From Candidatus Velthaea sp. (GTDB taxonomy: Bacteria; Vulcanimicrobiota; Vulcanimicrobiia; Vulcanimicrobiales; Vulcanimicrobiaceae): a stretch of DNA of 64,000 nucleotides. Below the pieces are notes generated by a model. That model was not told where the DNA came from. It ran no database searches and saw only the letters and a program-made list of their open reading frames with translations. Shown one piece after another: positions 59,047 to 64,000 of this stretch (positions are counted from its first letter, which is position 1; each line of letters begins with the position of its first letter). The position numbers and the translations under genes were made by a program. The stretch covers positions 44,297 through 108,296 of the forward strand of contig JBEKHC010000004.1 in the NCBI GenBank assembly GCA_050012475.1, read 5' to 3'.

Positions 59047-61377
59047 GTGCCGATGAAGCAGCCGCCGGCCGAGTTCGCGGTGCTGAAGCCGGCCGCCGTC
59101 GACCCCGTTTGCGGCATGGACGTCGACCCGGAAGACGCCGACCGATTCGAGTTCGCGGACCAGGCGTTCTTTTTTTGCTGCGCCGGCTGCCGCGCGAAAT
59201 TTGCGGCTGCTCCCCTCACATATCTGGAGCCGCGGCCCGCCGCGACGCCCGGTTCAGCCGGCGACGTGTTTACCTGCCCGATGCACCCCGAGGTCCGCCG
59301 CAGCGGCTTGGGCAGCTGTCCGCTGTGCGGCATGGCGCTCGAGCCGCTGACCGTCCGCGTGGACGCGCTCCCCAACCACGAGCTGGTCGAGATGACCCGC
59401 CGGTTGTGGATCGGCCTGATCTTCGCCGTGCAAGTGATCGTGCTCGACCTGGGCGGCGACGTGCCGCGGCTGGGATTGCACCGGCTCGTAGCGCCCGGCA
59501 CGATCGCCTGGATCGAGTTTGCCTTGGCCACCCCGGTCGTGCTGTGGGCCGGCTGGCCGTTCTTCGAACGCGCTTGGACGTCGCTCCGCAACCGCAGCCT
59601 GAACATGTTCAGTTTGATCGCGCTGGGCACCGGCTCCGCCTATGTCTACAGCGCGGTCGCGACCGCCGCCCCCGGCCTGTTCCCGGCGGGGTTTCGCGGG
59701 TTGGACGGCGCGGTCAGCCTGTATTTCGAGGCCGCGGCGACGATCACGGTGCTCGTGCTCCTCGGGCAGGTTCTCGAGTTGCGCGCGCGCGAGCAAACCG
59801 GCGGCGCGATTCGCGCGTTGCTCGACCTGGCGCCGAAAACCGCTCGGCGCATCACCGCTTCCGGCGCGGACGAGGCGATCGGGTTGGACCGGGTCGCGGT
59901 GGGCGATCTGCTCCGCGTACGTCCGGGCGACGCGGTGCCGGTGGACGGCGCGGTCGTTCATGGGACCGGTTCGGTCGACGAATCGATGATCAGCGGTGAA
60001 CCGATTCCAGTGGCCAAAGCCGCCGGCGATCCGCTCATCGGCGGCACGCTCAACGCAACCGGTTCGTTCGTCATGCGAGCCGAACGGATCGGCGCCGACA
60101 CGATGCTCGCGCGCATCGTCGCGATGGTCAACGAAGCGCAGCGCAGTCGGGCACCGATCCAACGACTAGCGGACACGGTCGCGAGCTATTTCGTGCCGGC
60201 GGTGTTGGTCGCGGCAGCGGCTGCGTTTACGGCGTGGGCGATTTGGGGTCCGCCGCCGGCGCTCGCCTACGCGCTCATCGCCGCCGTCTCGGTCCTCATC
60301 ATCGCCTGCCCGTGCGCGCTCGGCCTTGCCACCCCGATGAGCATCGGCGTCGCCGTCGGGAAGGGCGCCGGCGCGGGCGTGCTCGTCAAATCGGCCGAGG
60401 CGCTCGAACGCTTCGCGCAAGCGCGCGTCCTCATCGTCGACAAAACCGGGACATTGACGCAGGGCCGTCCCGAGGTGACCGCCGTCGTGCCGGCGGCCAA
60501 CTTCTCCGAGCGCGAGGTGCTGGGTTGGGCGGCGAGTCTCGAGCGCCTCAGCGAACATCCGTTGGCGAGTGCCGTCATCGCTGCCGCCGCCAACGTCGAG
60601 GCTCCGACGGCCATCGTTTCCGACTTTCTCTCGCATACCGGAAAGGGCGTCACCGGCCGCGTGGGCCGGCGCGCGTTGGGCTTGGGAAACGCGACCTTGA
60701 TGAAGGCGATCGGCGTCGACGTCGCGCCTTTGGCGGCCTGCGCCGACGAGCTGCGAGGCGCTGGTGCGAGCGCGCTGTTTTTGAGTGTGGACGGCGACGC
60801 GGCCGCGGTCATCGCGCTCGCCGATCCGATCAAACCTTCGACGCGGCCGGCACTCGAACGATTGCGCGCCGACGGCTTGCAGATCGTCATGGTGACCGGC
60901 GACAACCGCATTACCGCCGAAGCCGTTGCGCGCAAACTGGGGATCGCCGACGTCGAAGCCGACGCGCTGCCGGCGGACAAACTGCGCATCCTGCGCGCCT
61001 TCAAAGACCGCGGCCGCATCGTCGCGATGGCCGGCGACGGTGTCAACGACGCACCGGCGCTCGCCGCCGCCGACGTCGGCATTGCGATGGGCACCGGCGC
61101 CGACGTGGCGATCGAGAGCGCCGGGATGACGCTGGTGAAGGGCGATCTGGCGGCCCTTGCGCGCGCGCGCCGGCTGAGCCGCTTGACGATGTGCAATATC
61201 CGCGAAAACCTGATCTTCGCCTTCGCCTACAATGCGATCGGGATCCCGATCGCCGCGGGTGCGCTCTATCCAGCCTTCGGCATCGTGCTCAGCCCGATCG
61301 TGGCGGCACTGGCGATGTCGTTCAGTTCCGTTTCCGTGATCGCCAACGCACTTCGCCTGCGCTCGGCCAGATTGTAA
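59047..61377 (+). CDS. copA: Cu(I)-exporting P1B-type ATPase with YHS and heavy-metal-binding domains
   Basis: DPVCGM, TCPMHP..CP.CGM, IACPCALGLATP, DKTGTLT, SEHPL, GDGVNDAPAL, YN..P, M.FSS. Confidence 0.96.
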   Translation: MPMKQPPAEFAVLKPAAVDPVCGMDVDPEDADRFEFADQAFFFCCAGCRAKFAAAPLTYLEPRPAATPGSAGDVFTCPMHPEVRRSGLGSCPLCGMALEPLTVRVDALPNHELVEMTRRLWIGLIFAVQVIVLDLGGDVPRLGLHRLVAPGTIAWIEFALATPVVLWAGWPFFERAWTSLRNRSLNMFSLIALGTGSAYVYSAVATAAPGLFPAGFRGLDGAVSLYFEAAATITVLVLLGQVLELRAREQTGGAIRALLDLAPKTARRITASGADEAIGLDRVAVGDLLRVRPGDAVPVDGAVVHGTGSVDESMISGEPIPVAKAAGDPLIGGTLNATGSFVMRAERIGADTMLARIVAMVNEAQRSRAPIQRLADTVASYFVPAVLVAAAAAFTAWAIWGPPPALAYALIAAVSVLIIACPCALGLATPMSIGVAVGKGAGAGVLVKSAEALERFAQARVLIVDKTGTLTQGRPEVTAVVPAANFSEREVLGWAASLERLSEHPLASAVIAAAANVEAPTAIVSDFLSHTGKGVTGRVGRRALGLGNATLMKAIGVDVAPLAACADELRGAGASALFLSVDGDAAAVIALADPIKPSTRPALERLRADGLQIVMVTGDNRITAEAVARKLGIADVEADALPADKLRILRAFKDRGRIVAMAGDGVNDAPALAAADVGIAMGTGADVAIESAGMTLVKGDLAALARARRLSRLTMCNIRENLIFAFAYNAIGIPIAAGALYPAFGIVLSPIVAALAMSFSSVSVIANALRLRSARL

Positions 61378-61444
61378 GCACGGTTGCGGCGGCACCACCG
61401 TCGTTTCGCCGGTAGCCGAAACGTCGGCGGGTACGCTTGCGGAC

Positions 61445-62803
61445 ATGAAGATCGGGTTTGCGGGCACGATTCTGGCCGCATCGCTGGGCTTTGGCCTGGT
61501 TCAATTGGATGTTTCGATCGTGAACGTCGCGCTCGTTTCGATCGGCCGCGACCTGAATGCGGGGATCGCAAGCGTGGCTTGGATCGTGGGCGCCTACACG
61601 ATCGCGTTCGCCTGCATGCTGCTGCCCGGCGGGGCGCTCGGCGACCGAATCGGCGCGAAGCGTTCGTTTCTTGGCGGCTTCGCCGTCTTCGGGCTGGCGT
61701 CGCTGGGTTGCGCGCTTGCTCCATCGATCGGCTTCCTGATCGTACTGCGCGTCGTGCAAGGCATCGGTGCCTCGACCCTGGTGCCCTGCTCGCTCGCGCT
61801 CATCGCGCACGCGGCCCGCGACGACGGGAAATTACGGGCCCGCGGGATAGCGCTGTGGACCGCAGCGGGATCGGTTTCGCTGGCCGCAGGCCCCATCCTC
61901 GGGGGCGCGCTGATCGCCGGCGCCGGCTGGCGCGCCATCTTCTTCATCAACCTTCCGCTCTGCGCGGCCGCAATCGTGCTGGGCCTGCGGTTGAGCGAAG
62001 AGACGCCGGCGCGCGGCGGAAACTTCGATCCGTTGGGCGAGCTCTTCGCCGTCGTCACCCTCCTGAGCGCCATCGCGGGCGTGATCGAAGCGGGTGCGCT
62101 CGGATTCGGCGCCGGGTTCGTCCGCATCGCGCTGCTGACGAGTGTGATCGGCGCGGCCGGATTCGTTGTGGTCGAGTTGCGCGTGCGCGATCCCATGGTG
62201 CCGCTGAGCTTCTTCGGCCTTCCGACGTTCCGGGCTGCGGTCGGCGTCGGCTTCGCGATCAACGCAACGTTGTACGGGACCCTGTTCATGCTGGCGCTGT
62301 ACCTCCAGCATGCACGTCACTACACGCCGCTGATGGTCGGCTTGGCCTTCATGCCATTTGCCGCGATGCTCGGCATCGCCAATCTCGCGGCCGGCATGGT
62401 CGTGGGCAAACGCGGCCCGCGCGGCCCCATGCTGGCCGGACTCGCCGTCGCACTCGCCGGCTTCGCGCTGCTCTGCGGCTATAGTGCGCACTCCTCGTAC
62501 ATCGCGTTGCTTCCGGCACTGCTCGTCATTCCGAGCGGAATCGGCGTCGCCGTGCCGGCGATGACGTCGGCGCTGCTGGGCGTCACGCCGCGCGAACGTT
62601 CGGGCATCGCATCGGGCGTGCTCAACAGCGTTCGTCAAGCCGCGGGCGCGCTCGGGATCGCGCTCGCGGCCGCGCTGATCGTGCGCCTCGGTCCCGTCGC
62701 CGGCTTCCATCTGCTGGCTGAATTGTGGTCGGCAATGATCGGCATCGCACTCGTCGTCGCGCTGCTGGGCATCACGCGCGCACCGCGAAGGACGGCGTCA
62801 TGA
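61445..62803 (+). CDS. DHA2-type MFS efflux transporter
   Basis: LDVSIVNVAL, G.LGDRIGAKR.F, RVVQGIGA, GP.LGG.L...GWRAIFFINLP. Confidence 0.93.
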   Translation: MKIGFAGTILAASLGFGLVQLDVSIVNVALVSIGRDLNAGIASVAWIVGAYTIAFACMLLPGGALGDRIGAKRSFLGGFAVFGLASLGCALAPSIGFLIVLRVVQGIGASTLVPCSLALIAHAARDDGKLRARGIALWTAAGSVSLAAGPILGGALIAGAGWRAIFFINLPLCAAAIVLGLRLSEETPARGGNFDPLGELFAVVTLLSAIAGVIEAGALGFGAGFVRIALLTSVIGAAGFVVVELRVRDPMVPLSFFGLPTFRAAVGVGFAINATLYGTLFMLALYLQHARHYTPLMVGLAFMPFAAMLGIANLAAGMVVGKRGPRGPMLAGLAVALAGFALLCGYSAHSSYIALLPALLVIPSGIGVAVPAMTSALLGVTPRERSGIASGVLNSVRQAAGALGIALAAALIVRLGPVAGFHLLAELWSAMIGIALVVALLGITRAPRRTAS

Positions 62804-63474
62804 CCAGAACGCTCGACCGCATCGGCTTCGCGCTCGCGCATCCGGTCCGCGCGACCATCGTGGGCGAGCTGTTGTCCGGCCGGTTTCTGCCGTCGGGCGA
62901 ACTGGCGAAGATCGCCCGCAGCGCACCGTCGACGACGAGCGAACATTTGGCGATCCTCACCGATGCCGGGCTCGTGCGCGCCTTCACGAGCGGACGGCAT
63001 CGCTATTACACGCTTGCCTCCGATGACGTCGCTCGCAGTCTGGAAGCGCTGGGCGCACTCGAACAAGCCGCCCCGCCGCGAACGCTGAGCGCGCACGATC
63101 GCCTCGCGCGCATCCGCGCCGCGCGCGTCTGCTGGGACCACATCGCCGGCGAACTCGGCACGCGTCTGCGCAGCGCGCTCATCGACGGCGCATTCGTTCG
63201 CGCCCAAGGTGACGACGCCGTGGTAACCGCGCGCGGCAGCGCGCTGCTCGCAGATCTGGGCGCCGGCGAAGTCGCGGCCGGCAGCGTCGCGGGCGCGTGC
63301 GTCGATCTCACCGAACGCCGCTTGCACGTGCGTGGACCGTTTGCCGTGGCGCTGTTTCGCGCGCTCTGCGAACGCGGCTGGCTCGTTCGCGGACCGGGCC
63401 GCGAACTTCGCGTGACGCCGCTGGGCGCGCGCGAATTTGCGCAACGGCTCGGCATTGCCGGGCTGCCGGGATGA
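62800..63474 (+). CDS. ArsR/SmtB-family regulator with C-terminal wHTH (ARxCxDH type)
   Basis: LAHPVR..I...L, ELA, ST.SEHL..L..GL....GRHRYY.LA, ARVCWDHIAG.LG, C.D.TERR.H..G. Confidence 0.9.
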   Translation: MTRTLDRIGFALAHPVRATIVGELLSGRFLPSGELAKIARSAPSTTSEHLAILTDAGLVRAFTSGRHRYYTLASDDVARSLEALGALEQAAPPRTLSAHDRLARIRAARVCWDHIAGELGTRLRSALIDGAFVRAQGDDAVVTARGSALLADLGAGEVAAGSVAGACVDLTERRLHVRGPFAVALFRALCERGWLVRGPGRELRVTPLGAREFAQRLGIAGLPG

Positions 63475-64000
63475 TGCTGCGCGGACTCGACCATGCCGAC
63501 ATCCGCGTGCGCTCGATCGCAGCGATCGAATCCTTTTACGATACGCTCTTGCCGGCGCTCGGGTTGACGCGCAAGACGGAATCGCACGTCGACGCCGCGG
63601 GCGAATGGCAGGCCGTCGACGCCGCACATCCGCGCACGGCGATCGAATATCACACGCCGATGGAACCCGGCGCCTTGGGCTGGTTCGTCGGTTTCATCGA
63701 AGACGCCGGAACGGTCGTGAACGCCACGCGGATTGCCTTCGCAATCGATGCCGAGGCCGGCCTCCCCGCGATCGAAGCGCTCGTGCGCGCCGCCGGCGGT
63801 CGGCGGATCGAACGATCGGACGACGAGACGTATCCGGCGGTGTTCTTCGAGGATCCGCTCGGCACGCGCCTCGAAATTTGCGCCCGCCGCCCGCGCGCCA
63901 AAGCTTCGCCCGCCGATCCGCGCAAATGTTTTTCTTCCGGCTCCACCTTCGAGCGCGAAATCGGCTATTCGCGCGCCGTCCGCGACGGCGACTATGTCTT
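63471..64000 (+). CDS. VOC/glyoxalase domain fused to a RidA/YjgF-family domain (runs off the window)
   Basis: Hand translation from ATG 63471: LDHADIRV..FYDTLLPALG..YPAVFFEDPLGTRLEIC, then in frame SSGSTFEREIGYSRAVRDGDYV. Confidence 0.8.
   Translation, partial: MMLRGLDHADIRVRSIAAIESFYDTLLPALGLTRKTESHVDAAGEWQAVDAAHPRTAIEYHTPMEPGALGWFVGFIEDAGTVVNATRIAFAIDAEAGLPAIEALVRAAGGRRIERSDDETYPAVFFEDPLGTRLEICARRPRAKASPADPRKCFSSGSTFEREIGYSRAVRDGDYV

Overview
A GC-rich, gene-dense bacterial chromosomal window. The gene content suggests a Terrabacteria lineage, possibly Vulcanimicrobiota/Ca. Eremiobacterota; this is inference only. About 60 CDS can be supported. Main blocks: (1) a small accessory islet at 1-4.3 kb (SnoaL-like, NIPSNAP, a frameshifted TRAP DctM remnant, tannase/feruloyl esterase); (2) a long minus-strand housekeeping run with Bacillus/Clostridium-like synteny (pyrG-GT2-GT4-GT4-stalk protein-peptide SBP-HIT-HIT; rpsU-yqeY-nfeD-floA-yqfB-like-phoH-ybeY-TPR-dgkA/PAP2-CNNM-cdd-recO-ruvX-mltG); (3) LCP, a MASE4-5xPAS-PP2C-HATPase sensor, and rpmE-prfA-prmC; (4) a translationally coupled metY-CoA-binding-LuxE-like-LuxC-like-class III aminotransferase-Gfo/Idh/MocA operon with no luciferase; (5) S8 peptidase, cinA, a split NAD synthetase, glpX, GT-C/GtrA genes, amj, M16 peptidase, proS, pduO, and a CsoR-copA locus. 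No CRISPR array, tRNA, rRNA or intact transposase was seen. Most notable: the luciferase-free LuxEC/transaminase operon (a candidate carboxylate-to-amine pathway); repeated apparent near-cognate starts (CTG/ATT/ATC) in core genes; a proline-rich uORF coupled to a CNNM/CorB-type Mg2+ transporter; and a hairpin-dense 0.4-kb intergenic region. Start sites were re-picked by eye, and all family calls come from motif recognition, not searches.
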